From Candidatus Latescibacterota bacterium (GTDB lineage: Bacteria; Latescibacterota; UBA2968), in contig OZ242311.1 in the NCBI GenBank assembly GCA_965207885.1, positions 1,920,001-1,984,000 of the forward strand: a stretch of 64,000 nt of DNA, written 5' to 3'. Below are positions 40,167 to 49,995 of the stretch, in pieces (position 1 is the stretch's first letter; each line of letters starts with the position of its first letter). The translations under genes were made by a program, and so were the position numbers. The notes beneath the pieces are model-generated. The model made no database searches and was not told the origin of the DNA. It saw nothing but the letters and a program-made list of their open reading frames with translations.

Positions 40167-43100
40167 TCAGGCCCTTTTTGCCACGGCTACAATCCGCTTT
40201 GTATATCCCGACAGGTCGTCCATGAGCGAATATATGGTGGGCAAGATGACGAGCGTGAGGATGGTAGAGATCGAGAGGCCAGAGATAATGACCAGACCAA
40301 TTGGTCCCCAGCGCCTGGCATTGCCTTCGGCATTGCCGTAAATCATCGGGATAACCAGCGGCGTAAGCCCCAGGATGGTCGTGGTTGCTGTCATCAAAAT
40401 GGGACGCAGGCGATCCTGTCCGCCGCGCAAGATCGCATCTCTGCGATATAGCCCTTGTTTGCGATAGCGATTGATGTGGTCGATTAATACAATGCCGTTG
40501 TTGACCACAATGCCAAACAAGATGAGCAATCCATAGGTCGCATTGCTGTCCAGCGCTATGCCAAATATGTAAAGTCCCAATGCGACACCTATAAACGCAA
40601 AACTGATCGAAAACATGATGGTAAATGGATGGATGTACGATTCAAATAGCGATGCCATGATCAGATAAATGAGTAGTGCCGCGAAAATCATAGTGAAATT
40701 CGTTTCGCCCTCTTCTGAAGCCATATAGCGGAATCGTCGATCCATCTGCCAACTATACCCCTGGGGCAATGGGATGGCATCCATGCGGTCGCGCATTTCA
40801 TAACCGACCGTTTGGACTTCGGATGCTTCCGTGTTTGCGAACACGGTTACGGTTGACATCCGATCCTGGCGTTCAATGGATCGGGGACCTTTGGTCAATT
40901 CAAAATCGGCCAGGCTGGCAAATGCAATCATATTGCCCCGGTTGTTTTCAAAAGAGAGGGTTTTGAGTTGATCCAGCGTGGCGCGGTCCTCTTCTCGCAA
41001 TTGCAGCGCAATATCGATTTCTCCATCCGGCGTTTTGAATTTGCTATTTCCGCGCGCTCCCAATGCCGTGGCAACAGTTGTAGCTATTTGCTGCGGTGAC
41101 AGGCCGTATTGTTGCGCGCGTTCTCTCCTCACCGAGACCCTGATTTCTTCTGTGCCACTTTCCAGGCTGGTTTCCACGTCGTGAATGCCCTCGATATCGT
41201 CCATTCGCAGCCGAATATCTTCAGCCAGGATAGCCAGTACTTCGGGATTTCGCCCTTTGATTTCTACCCCGACGCCCGTGCCACTGCTACCACCACGCCT
41301 GAAGCCCGCCTTAAAACGCACGCCCGGGATGTCTTTGGGCAGCAAAGCACTTACCTTTTTTTTCACATCATCTGTGCTCAATGGGCTTTCTTCGACGGGT
41401 TTTAAGTACAAATAGATCGTATTGCCGCGTCGGGTGCTAAATCGCGTTTTTATCGCTTCGATATCCAGTTCTTCCTTTTGCGGGATGATAATGGCTTCGA
41501 TTTGTTTGAAAAGCGCGAGTGCGTCGTCGATATCGTACGTTCGCGGCATTTCCACCATATAGCCCACCATTCGGTCGGGTTGATAGCGATAGCGCTGTAC
41601 TTCAATTTTGGTGAAAATGTATATGCCGCCAAATAGGATAAATATAGCGACGACAACGGTGGTCCAGCGATAGTGCAGGGTTGTGCTAATTACGCGCGTG
41701 TAAACACCTTTGAGACCAAGATGTCGAAAGCGAAAATAGAAATAGCCGGTTGTGGCGACGAATGCGCCCAGCACGATCCACACGGCTATTGGCACGGTTG
41801 AAAGCCCGCCTAAAACCCACAGAGTACTATCTTTGAGCCAGTTGGCCGATTCGACAATGCCTTCCTGGTAAATGAGATACGCAGCGCCTGTGGCGAATAA
41901 AGTGCCCAATCCAATTTTTAAGAAGAGATCAACGCGATTACCCGCATTTGAAAATGCCCGAGAGCAGGCCAGGGGTATGAGTGTTAAAGCCACGCATAGT
42001 GCGGCTACGACTGCAATGCACACGGTGATGGCAAAATCGCGCATCCACATTGTATTGTACGATCCAGAAATAAAGATGAGGGGTACAAATACACATATTG
42101 TCGTCAGTGCCGCCGCCAGTACGGGTATGCCGATTTCGCGGCTGCCCTCAATTGCTGCGGTTCGCGTGCCATCGCCGACATCAAAACGCCTGCGATAAAT
42201 ATTTTCCAGAGCCACGACCGCTGGATCGACCAGCATCCCAATGGCGACCATCAGACCCATCATCGAGATCATGTTCAGCGTAATAGTCGATCCAAATACT
42301 TGCCGCATCAGATACATGATCATAAAAACGCACAATACCGAAATGGGAATGGCCGACCCCACAATGAGCGTGCTGCGGAAGTTTCGCAAAAACACAAAAA
42401 TGATGCCAATAGCCAGCATGCCTCCCAACATGGCGGATTGCCCCAGGCTGGTAATGCCCCTTACCACTGCTTCTGATTGGTCTCGACGTAAGTGCAATCG
42501 CAATTTGTCGCGCCCAATTTCATCTTGAAGAGCGTCTAACTCTGCCCGAACCAGCCGGCAGGTTTCTACCAGATTGGCTGTCGAGGTTTTGCGAATTTCC
42601 ATAGAGACCACATCGCGCCCGTCCATGCGTTCAAAATATCGCTTTTCAGGATAGTCGTAACTCACCTGCGCCACATCTTTTATTTCCAGACCATTGGGAA
42701 GCGTGAGATCGCGTATTTGATCCACTTCGTCAAATTCGCCCACTGTCCGAACAGCGAGGCGTTTGTCGCCTTCGGTGACGTAACCGCCAGAAATATTGAT
42801 GTTGTTGAAGCGAATCGTTCTGTTGAGGGTGCGGATATCTAAGCCATGGGCATGCATGCGATTTTTATCGACATCGACTCGGAGTATTCTTTCATCGGCA
42901 CCTTCCATTTCGACATTGCCCACCCCGGGGATGCGTTGCAAGCGCGGTAAGATTGTGTTTTTATACACTGTGACGAGTTCAGATTGATTATCGCCCAGCC
43001 AGATCATATTGTAGTCCAGAATTTCCCAATCCGACGAGTCCCATCTGCGCATCTCAATGCGTTCGAGGTCTTCGGGAAGTCTGCCGCGAACTTGATCGAC

Positions 43101-43433
43101 GCGATCTCGCACCTGAATAGATTTGAGATCCATATCGGTACCGTAGTCAAATTCCATGAACACATAACCCCGACTGTCATAGGATCGCGCGCGGAGTGAC
43201 TCAATGCCGGGAATCGTGCCCAGCATCTCTTCCATTGGCTTGGTAATTTTCTTTTGGATCTCTTCGGGCGATGACGAGGGATATGTATAGCTCACATACA
43301 TCCTGGGATACTGCAAGTCGGGCGCGTATTCGAGCGGCAATCTGAATAGGGAAATAAAACCCATGACTATGAGACTGAGCGCTATCATTACAGCAGTAAT
43401 GGGTTTTTTGATCGCGTATTCCGAGAGTTTCAT
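40167..43433 (-). CDS. RND efflux transporter permease (AcrB/AcrD/AcrF family)
   Basis: SSPEEIQKKITKPME, AIGMLVDPAVVALENI, GIVVNNGIVLID, RLRPILMT. Confidence 0.92.
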   Translation of the reverse strand: MKLSEYAIKKPITAVMIALSLIVMGFISLFRLPLEYAPDLQYPRMYVSYTYPSSSPEEIQKKITKPMEEMLGTIPGIESLRARSYDSRGYVFMEFDYGTDMDLKSIQVRDRVDQVRGRLPEDLERIEMRRWDSSDWEILDYNMIWLGDNQSELVTVYKNTILPRLQRIPGVGNVEMEGADERILRVDVDKNRMHAHGLDIRTLNRTIRFNNINISGGYVTEGDKRLAVRTVGEFDEVDQIRDLTLPNGLEIKDVAQVSYDYPEKRYFERMDGRDVVSMEIRKTSTANLVETCRLVRAELDALQDEIGRDKLRLHLRRDQSEAVVRGITSLGQSAMLGGMLAIGIIFVFLRNFRSTLIVGSAIPISVLCVFMIMYLMRQVFGSTITLNMISMMGLMVAIGMLVDPAVVALENIYRRRFDVGDGTRTAAIEGSREIGIPVLAAALTTICVFVPLIFISGSYNTMWMRDFAITVCIAVVAALCVALTLIPLACSRAFSNAGNRVDLFLKIGLGTLFATGAAYLIYQEGIVESANWLKDSTLWVLGGLSTVPIAVWIVLGAFVATTGYFYFRFRHLGLKGVYTRVISTTLHYRWTTVVVAIFILFGGIYIFTKIEVQRYRYQPDRMVGYMVEMPRTYDIDDALALFKQIEAIIIPQKEELDIEAIKTRFSTRRGNTIYLYLKPVEESPLSTDDVKKKVSALLPKDIPGVRFKAGFRRGGSSGTGVGVEIKGRNPEVLAILAEDIRLRMDDIEGIHDVETSLESGTEEIRVSVRRERAQQYGLSPQQIATTVATALGARGNSKFKTPDGEIDIALQLREEDRATLDQLKTLSFENNRGNMIAFASLADFELTKGPRSIERQDRMSTVTVFANTEASEVQTVGYEMRDRMDAIPLPQGYSWQMDRRFRYMASEEGETNFTMIFAALLIYLIMASLFESYIHPFTIMFSISFAFIGVALGLYIFGIALDSNATYGLLILFGIVVNNGIVLIDHINRYRKQGLYRRDAILRGGQDRLRPILMTATTTILGLTPLVIPMIYGNAEGNARRWGPIGLVIISGLSISTILTLVILPTIYSLMDDLSGYTKRIVAVAKRA

Positions 43434-43527
43434 AAATGGGCCTCAAAGGGGCAAAAATTGAAGGTTGAAGTAAGATGTGAGACGCGATTCGCAGGGTGCG
43501 TCTATCAGAGACTGAGACAGATTTCGC

Positions 43528-43545
43528 TAAGTAACCATTTACTTA
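43528..43545. promoter_or_regulatory. Palindromic operator-like site upstream of RND gene
   Basis: TAAGTAA-CCAT-TTACTTA just downstream of a minus-strand TGnTATATT -10 element (43555-43563). Confidence 0.5.
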
Positions 43546-43698
43546 CTTACGGATAATATACCACATTTCGCCGCAAAAGCAACCATAGTTTTTTAAAAAT
43601 TTTACCGTTACAGAAAAGACTTGCGATTTTGTTTTAATAGATATTTCATGCTGAAGTCTGGGTCATAATCACACATTCACTTTCCAAAGGAGACTTCC

Positions 43699-44580
43699 AT
43701 GGGCAATCGCGTCAATCGCGCAGTTGAGTTGCTTTCACAAGATCAACCTATCTATTACACGGGCGCACACACGGGGCATGTGCTTACGTTTGAACAGGGT
43801 CAGAATGACGCCAGTACCTGGGCGGATTATATCAATGTGGGTATGGAACACGGGGCTTTTAATCTGGGAGGGCTTGACGACTATATGCGCGGTCTGGTCA
43901 GCGGGGGACCTACAAATAGCGGGCACAGGACGCCAGCCGTTATTGTTGAAGCCCCTGTGGAGGGCGCGTCGGAAAATATTGTGCGCTATAATGCCTGGCA
44001 ATTTCGGCAGATTCTCGCGCGCGGTGTACACGGCGTGTTGCTCTGTCAGGCGGAATCGCCCGATGCGATACGCGCTTTTGTCGAGTCATGTCGCTATCCC
44101 ATTAACAAGATCGGCGTTGGACACGGCCTCAGTACAGGTACGCGAGGCGTGGGCTCCGAATCATCGGCAGCAGCGATATGGGGTGTTAATCGCGATGAGT
44201 ACATCCAGAAAGCCGATCCCTATCCGCTGAATCCCGATGGCGAGTTGCTGTTGGGCATCAAGATTGAGAATGTGCGCGGCGCATCCAATATCGAACAGAT
44301 TCTCAAGGTGCCCGGCATTGGGTTTGCCGAAATGGGACCGGGCGATTTGAGTATGTCGATGGGATATTTGCACCGTCCAACGCCTTTTTCTCCCGAAATG
44401 CAAGAGGTGAGAGATCGCGTGAAGGCCGCGTGTGCAGAAAACGGCGTTGCTTTTCTCGAGGGGGGTAGTCCCGAGACGGTTACCGCAAAAATAGACGAGG
44501 GCGTGCGCGTGGTTTCTGGGGGCAGGGAAGAGATCGCGCGTATTGGACGTGAATATTCAGGCCGTCGCATGCCGGTTTAA
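43699..44580 (+). CDS. HpcH/HpaI aldolase/citrate lyase family protein
   Basis: GMEHG, FVESCRYP, KIEN, VPGIGFAEMGPGDLSMSMG. Confidence 0.82.
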   Translation: MGNRVNRAVELLSQDQPIYYTGAHTGHVLTFEQGQNDASTWADYINVGMEHGAFNLGGLDDYMRGLVSGGPTNSGHRTPAVIVEAPVEGASENIVRYNAWQFRQILARGVHGVLLCQAESPDAIRAFVESCRYPINKIGVGHGLSTGTRGVGSESSAAAIWGVNRDEYIQKADPYPLNPDGELLLGIKIENVRGASNIEQILKVPGIGFAEMGPGDLSMSMGYLHRPTPFSPEMQEVRDRVKAACAENGVAFLEGGSPETVTAKIDEGVRVVSGGREEIARIGREYSGRRMPV

Positions 44581-44581
44581 T

Positions 44582-44616
44582 AAAAAAATAGGGCTGTGCG
44601 ATGTTTGCACAGCCCT
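44582..44616 (-). terminator. Intrinsic terminator between convergent genes
   Basis: AGGGCTGTGC...GCACAGCCCT hairpin with an A7 run on the + side (U tract on the minus strand). Confidence 0.75.
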
Positions 44617-44638
44617 GGAGGTCCGATTTAATACTCGC

Positions 44639-45112
44639 TTAAAATGGATTGCCCTGGCGGGCCAGCTCAAATTTGCGCCAGCCGACTTGTTTGTCATTTT
44701 CAAATACTTTTTGTATGGCGTAAAAGGAGGACGGGTCGTATTCTCGCCAGACGCCTGTTTTCTTTCCCTCCAGGTATCGGCCTTCTTCTTTTTTTACACC
44801 GTTTCTAAAATAAGATATCCAATACCCATCCTTCACGCCATTGGTCCAGTTGCCTTCTGTTTTTTTCTGTCCGTTGCTGTAAAATGTGATTTCAAGTCCG
44901 TCTTGCATGACGCCATTTTTGTATGTACCCTGCCCGCGCACGTTGCCCGCGGCATCGTAATATGTCCAAACCCCAGCGCGGGCACCACTGTCGTATTGCC
45001 CTTCTGCGAGTACGCGGCCGTATTGTTTTATTTGTGTCTGTCCTTCAAATAGCGCGGGCATCTGACACCCGGCTGTGAGGATTCCTACGAGAAGAATTAA
45101 AACTCTGATCAT
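44639..45112 (-). CDS. MORN-variant repeat (YwqK-like) lipoprotein
   Basis: LTAGC lipobox; repeats FYSNGQKKTEGNWTNGVKDGYWISYFRNG. Confidence 0.8.
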   Translation of the reverse strand: MIRVLILLVGILTAGCQMPALFEGQTQIKQYGRVLAEGQYDSGARAGVWTYYDAAGNVRGQGTYKNGVMQDGLEITFYSNGQKKTEGNWTNGVKDGYWISYFRNGVKKEEGRYLEGKKTGVWREYDPSSFYAIQKVFENDKQVGWRKFELARQGNPF

Positions 45113-45250
45113 TTATTTTCTCCTGTGTTGTTCTTTGATGAATATTTTACTACAATAGAACTAATATACATAACTGCTTTCATAAGGCAAGATGAAATGA
45201 CAAATGACTTGTTTAATACGTGCGTGTGCTCATACATATTATACCAGACC

Positions 45251-45310
45251 TCAACCGAAAAGCGATTGTACTCAACGATCTCTTTATTGTCACAATCGTC
45301 TTCTCATTGT
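45251..45310. promoter_or_regulatory. Three tandem 19-bp operator-like boxes, WCAAY-N9-ATTGT
   Basis: TCAACcgaaaagcgATTGT (45251), TCAACgatctctttATTGT (45272), ACAATcgtcttctcATTGT (45292). Confidence 0.7.
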
Positions 45311-45337
45311 AATTTTTTATAAAATAAAGAATCCAAT

Positions 45338-46063
45338 ATGCTACTCATCGAACTCGGTCAACGCCTTCGCGCTCAACGGGAACGCCTTGGTCTCAAGCAA
45401 AACGATATTGCCAATGCCCTGCAGGTAAGCCCACAGGCTGTCTCCAAGTGGGAAAGGGGTGAAAACGGTCCCGATATTGCCACTTTGGGACCGCTTGCCA
45501 GATTGCTCGGCGTTTCTACGGACTGGCTTTTGGATGCACATAGCGAAAATCAAGATGTTTTTGATGCTACTATCTTTACCTCTACAGTTGTCGGTGCATA
45601 CCAAAAATCATTGCAAATGGAAGCGCGGGAGTTTGCAGCCTGGGCAAATGGTATTTTGTTTCAACTGACCGAAGCTGTTTTGCGCCACGATGGCGTTCCG
45701 CTCAGATATATGGGAGACGCATTTTTGTGTTTTTTTTCTGGCGTTCACCATCAGCTTCGCGCTGTCCAGGCAGCGGCATTTTCTCAGCGGCTCATCAGCG
45801 AGGACCTGGTCATCGGCTTGAGTAGCGGTGAGATTTATTTGGGCGCGATGGGGCATCCCGATTACGCCCATCCCGATGTGACAGGCGAAGTGGTCAACAT
45901 CGCATTTATTGTCCGAGAATGGGCAGAAACAAATGTCCGCAAAGGAATTGCAGCAACGACATCCGTATTGAACAATCTCGATGAAGTTTTTGATATTTCC
46001 CAACCCACAGAAATCAATTTTCGCGGCATCAAAACGCCCATCTCACTGGTCAGAATCAGATAG
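45338..46063 (+). CDS. XRE-family HTH regulator fused to a degenerate class III nucleotide-cyclase-like domain
   Basis: LQVSPQAVSKWERGENGPD HTH; C-terminal HDGVPLRYMGDAFLCFF, IGLSSGEIYLGAMG, DVTGEVVNIAF. Confidence 0.8.
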   Translation: MLLIELGQRLRAQRERLGLKQNDIANALQVSPQAVSKWERGENGPDIATLGPLARLLGVSTDWLLDAHSENQDVFDATIFTSTVVGAYQKSLQMEAREFAAWANGILFQLTEAVLRHDGVPLRYMGDAFLCFFSGVHHQLRAVQAAAFSQRLISEDLVIGLSSGEIYLGAMGHPDYAHPDVTGEVVNIAFIVREWAETNVRKGIAATTSVLNNLDEVFDISQPTEINFRGIKTPISLVRIR

Positions 46064-46107
46064 GGGTGTTCCCTGCCGCGTATGCCAACCGAGAGAAAGG
46101 ATGAAAT

Positions 46108-47559
46108 ATGGCCGATATAGTGTTGCCCGATAGCGCGACTGATATTCAAATTCCCGATTATTCGCATCTGCCCTATAAAGTCGCCGATATGTCTCAGGCA
46201 GATTTTGGACGGAAAGAGATCACAATTGCCGAGCGCGAAATGCCCGGGTTGATGGCTGTGCGCGAAAAATACGCAGACCAGAAACCTCTGAAGGATGCCC
46301 GCATAATGGGATCTCTGCACATGACGATTCAAACGGCTGTGTTGATCGAGTCGCTCAAAGTGTTGGGGGCCGATGTGCGCTGGGCGTCGTGCAATATTTT
46401 TTCTACGCAGGATCACGCCGCTGCCGCTATTGCGGAAACGGGTACGCCGGTTTATGCGTGGAAGGGCGAGTCGCTGGAAGAATATTGGGAATGTACTTTG
46501 CAGGCACTCAATTTTGTGGAGGGTGGACCGACACTTATTGTCGATGATGGCGGGGATGCGACGCTGCTGGTTCACCGGGGGTATCAGGCTGAAGACGATC
46601 CTTCGATTCTCGATGAGCCGACAAATAATCGCGAATTGGAGATTGTCAATGCCGTGCTCAGGCGGCAACTCGAACGCAATCCGCGTTTTTGGCACAATAT
46701 GGCCGCGGATATTCAGGGTGTGTCAGAGGAGACTACAACGGGGGTTCACCGTCTGTATCAGATGAGGGATGAAGGCAAGCTTCTCTTTCCCGCGATCAAT
46801 GTCAATGATTCGGTGACCAAATCGAAATTCGATAATCTCTATGGCTGCCGCGAGTCGCTCGCCGATGGTATTAAGCGCGCGACAGATGTTATGGTCGCCG
46901 GGAAGGTTGTGTGTGTGTGCGGTTATGGCGATGTGGGCAAGGGTTGTGCCCAATCTATGCGCGGATTTGGTGCGCGCGTGTTGGTGACAGAAATCGATCC
47001 GATATGTGCTTTGCAGGCGGCGATGGAGGGGTTTGAAGTGACGACTGTGGAAGATGCTCTTTCCGAAGCCAATATTTTTGTTACGACGACGGGCAATACG
47101 GATATTATCCGCATTGAGCACATGGAAAATATGCTCGATCAATCCATTGTGTGCAATATCGGGCATTTTGACAATGAGATTCAGGTCGATAAGCTGGGCG
47201 ATTATCCGGGTATTATGCACGAAAATATCAAGCCGCAGGTCGATAAATACACGTTTCCAGATGGGCGTGCGATCTTTTTGCTCGCAGAAGGCCGTCTGGT
47301 CAATCTCGGCTGTGCGACCGGGCATCCTTCTTTTGTGATGTCCAATTCGTTTACCAATCAGGTGCTGGCGCAAATCGACCTGTGGGCACAGCAGCGCGAA
47401 ATTGGCGTTTATACTCTGCCCAAACACCTCGATGAGGAGGTTGCGCGGCTTCACCTCGAAAAACTCGGTGTAAAGTTGACCGAACTCACGCAGAAGCAGG
47501 CCGATTATATTGGCGTGTCCGTCGAAGGTCCGTATAAACCCGATCATTATCGGTATTGA
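46108..47559 (+). CDS. ahcY: Adenosylhomocysteinase
   Basis: [53 protein letters not shown]. Confidence 0.98.
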   Translation: MADIVLPDSATDIQIPDYSHLPYKVADMSQADFGRKEITIAEREMPGLMAVREKYADQKPLKDARIMGSLHMTIQTAVLIESLKVLGADVRWASCNIFSTQDHAAAAIAETGTPVYAWKGESLEEYWECTLQALNFVEGGPTLIVDDGGDATLLVHRGYQAEDDPSILDEPTNNRELEIVNAVLRRQLERNPRFWHNMAADIQGVSEETTTGVHRLYQMRDEGKLLFPAINVNDSVTKSKFDNLYGCRESLADGIKRATDVMVAGKVVCVCGYGDVGKGCAQSMRGFGARVLVTEIDPICALQAAMEGFEVTTVEDALSEANIFVTTTGNTDIIRIEHMENMLDQSIVCNIGHFDNEIQVDKLGDYPGIMHENIKPQVDKYTFPDGRAIFLLAEGRLVNLGCATGHPSFVMSNSFTNQVLAQIDLWAQQREIGVYTLPKHLDEEVARLHLEKLGVKLTELTQKQADYIGVSVEGPYKPDHYRY

Positions 47560-47603
47560 TTAGGGCTTATTCCGCCAGTTCCTGATCCCCAGTCCCCTTT
47601 TTT

Positions 47604-48482
47604 ATGCGATTTTTAGACTATTTTACCGGTAATCAGCCGGTCATTTCTTTTGAGATTTATCCGCCGCAGACGCAGGGTGGTATGCGCGCCCTCAAAGCGC
47701 GGGTTATACCCAATTTGCTCAAGCTGAATCCCAGTTATATGACGGTTACGTATGGTGCAGGTGGTTCTACCCGCGCCAAAACACTGGAGATTGCCTCGCT
47801 TATCCAGAACGAATTTGGTCTGACTGCGGCGTGTCATCTCACCTGTGTGGGGTCGTCCCGAACGGATATCGATGATATTCTGAAGGCGATTCGCACAGAG
47901 GGTATTCGCAATATTGTCGCGCTTCGCGGCGATCCCCCGCGCGGCGAAGATACTTTTGTGCCCGCGAAGGATGGATTTGCATACGGCAATGAGCTTGTGG
48001 CGCATATTCGCAGTACTGAACCGAAAGACGATGGGTTTGGGTTGGCTGTTGCAGGGTATCCCGAGAAACACCTCGAAGCACCCGATTTTGATACGGATAT
48101 TGAAAATCTCAAGCGCAAGGTCGAGTCAGGTGGGGATATTATTATTACGCAGCTTTTTTACAATAACGATTATTTTTTTCGCTTTGTCGATCGCGTGCGT
48201 GCAGCCAATATTACAGCACCTGTTGTCCCGGGTTTGATGCCGATTCTCGCGGCGGGACAGATACAGCGCATCGCGTCTTTGTGCGGGTCTGAGATTCCGG
48301 AGGATTTGCGGGATCAACTCAAGGGGGCTGTGGATGATGAAGATAAGGCGATGAGAATCGGTATTGATCAGTGCATTGGGCAAGCAACTGAGTTGCTCGA
48401 GCAGGGCGTGCCGGGTATTCACTTTTACGTGCTCAACAAATCCACCCACATGCGTCGGATTATCAGTGCGCTTCCTCTCTGA
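47604..48482 (+). CDS. metF: 5,10-methylenetetrahydrofolate reductase
   Basis: ISFEIYPP, VTYGAGGST, HLTCV, ALRGDPP, AGYPEKH, ITQLF, GIHFYVLN. Confidence 0.96.
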   Translation: MRFLDYFTGNQPVISFEIYPPQTQGGMRALKARVIPNLLKLNPSYMTVTYGAGGSTRAKTLEIASLIQNEFGLTAACHLTCVGSSRTDIDDILKAIRTEGIRNIVALRGDPPRGEDTFVPAKDGFAYGNELVAHIRSTEPKDDGFGLAVAGYPEKHLEAPDFDTDIENLKRKVESGGDIIITQLFYNNDYFFRFVDRVRAANITAPVVPGLMPILAAGQIQRIASLCGSEIPEDLRDQLKGAVDDEDKAMRIGIDQCIGQATELLEQGVPGIHFYVLNKSTHMRRIISALPL

Positions 48483-49080
48483 GAGGAAATTTCTCAGTGA
48501 TTAACAGGATTGGCTTTTTATTGGCGAATACCCTGTAGGTGCGGCTGAGTAGTGGTTCCCCTTCAAGATGTGCAATGGCTTCCGGCAGATCCCGTGCGGT
48601 TTCAACGCAGCACCACAACAATTCACGGCGGGTTTCCAGTCCGCTGTTTTGCAGAATTCCTCCCAATCCCGAAGGATCTGATTCCAATCCGTCCAAAATG
48701 CCTTTTGGCAAGTGTTGTGGTACAATGAGGGATGTGGCATACGCCTGAGTTTTCGGCGTTTCGTTGCCGATTGAGGGTGTTTGTAATGCTACTTGTCGCG
48801 CGATGACTGGTGCTCCTGATGGCAACTCGAGCCAAATATGCTCTGTGCAGAGTGTCTGTTCCGCCTGATGGAGGAGTACGACTTCCACAGGTGTGAGTGT
48901 ATAGGCTTCGATGAGTCTTGTGACGGTGCCGTCGGTGACGATCAATGCCCGCTGGAATGGCGTTAATTGCGCGATGTTGATTTCTCCAGACATTGCTGGC
49001 CTTTCGGCTTGTGCGACAAATATATTTTTTATATGTGTGTCAGCAAAGGTTGTCGAATTGAAAATTGAATCTGTCTTCAT
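48463..49080 (-). CDS. Chorismate pyruvate-lyase-like (UbiC/DUF98) protein
   Basis: FQRALIVTDGTVTRLIEA, AYATSLI, LGGILQ..LETRRE, SRTY..LLITEKFP. Confidence 0.78.
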   Translation of the reverse strand: MKTDSIFNSTTFADTHIKNIFVAQAERPAMSGEINIAQLTPFQRALIVTDGTVTRLIEAYTLTPVEVVLLHQAEQTLCTEHIWLELPSGAPVIARQVALQTPSIGNETPKTQAYATSLIVPQHLPKGILDGLESDPSGLGGILQNSGLETRRELLWCCVETARDLPEAIAHLEGEPLLSRTYRVFANKKPILLITEKFPLREEAH

Positions 49081-49208
49081 CGAGCTATTGTCCTTTCATA
49101 TATACAGTTGTTGTGTAACGCAGGTGCACTTTAGACACATAAGGACAAAAAAAGTTCTGAAACATTGCATGTGTGATTCTAATCAGTTATTTTGATGGAA
49201 AGGACAGC

Positions 49209-49973
49209 ATGCGTATCATAACCTGGAATGTAAACGGATTGCGGGCGGCGCTTCGCAAGGGGTTTATGGATCATATTAAAATGCTAAATCCCGATGTGAT
49301 CCTTTTGCAAGAAATTCGGGTTTTGCCCGAGCAACTATCTGTGAGCGAGCGCAATCCCGAGGGATGGCATGTTATCTGGCATCCGGCCGAGCGCAAGGGC
49401 TATGCGGGTACAGCGGTATGGTCTCGCACGCCTTTAAATGAGGAAGAACGCGGCGTGGGTGGGGCCGATTCTGAAGGCCGGATTTTGCGGGTGAGTACTC
49501 TGGGGATTCAATTTGTCAGCGTGTACCTGCCTTCGGGATCTTCAGGTGATGAGCGCCAGGCGATCAAGGAGTGCTGGATGGATCGCTTTCGCCTCTGGGC
49601 TGATGGCATGGTGAAAAAACGGGTTCCCACGATTATGGGCGGTGATTTTAATATCGCGCATACCGAACGCGATATTTTTTATGCCAGGAGCAACGAAAAA
49701 AATTCGGGTTTTTTGCCGCATGAACGCGCGTGGATGGGCGATCTCATCTCATCGGGCTGGCGCGATTTTACACGGGAACAATACGGCGATATCCAGGGGC
49801 CGTATTCGTGGTGGTCCAATCGGGGAAGAGCCAGAGAGTTGGACCGCGGCTGGCGTATCGACTATTTGTTGGGCAATGCAGCCGCCGCAAAGCGTGTTCA
49901 ATTTGCCCGTGTTGATCGCGAAGGCGGTTTGACCATATCTGATCATGCACCGGTTGTTGTAGATTTGAAATAG
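49209..49973 (+). CDS. xth: Exodeoxyribonuclease III / AP endonuclease
   Basis: ITWNVNGLRA, LQE, KGYAG, GDFNIAH, YSWWSNR, GWRIDY, SDHAP. Confidence 0.95.
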   Translation: MRIITWNVNGLRAALRKGFMDHIKMLNPDVILLQEIRVLPEQLSVSERNPEGWHVIWHPAERKGYAGTAVWSRTPLNEEERGVGGADSEGRILRVSTLGIQFVSVYLPSGSSGDERQAIKECWMDRFRLWADGMVKKRVPTIMGGDFNIAHTERDIFYARSNEKNSGFLPHERAWMGDLISSGWRDFTREQYGDIQGPYSWWSNRGRARELDRGWRIDYLLGNAAAAKRVQFARVDREGGLTISDHAPVVVDLK

Positions 49974-49995
49974 CTCATACACACAGGAGATTTCC

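Noticed and set aside
46064-46107. SAH/SAM riboswitch before ahcY
   Set aside because: Only 44 nt long, with no recognisable consensus elements.
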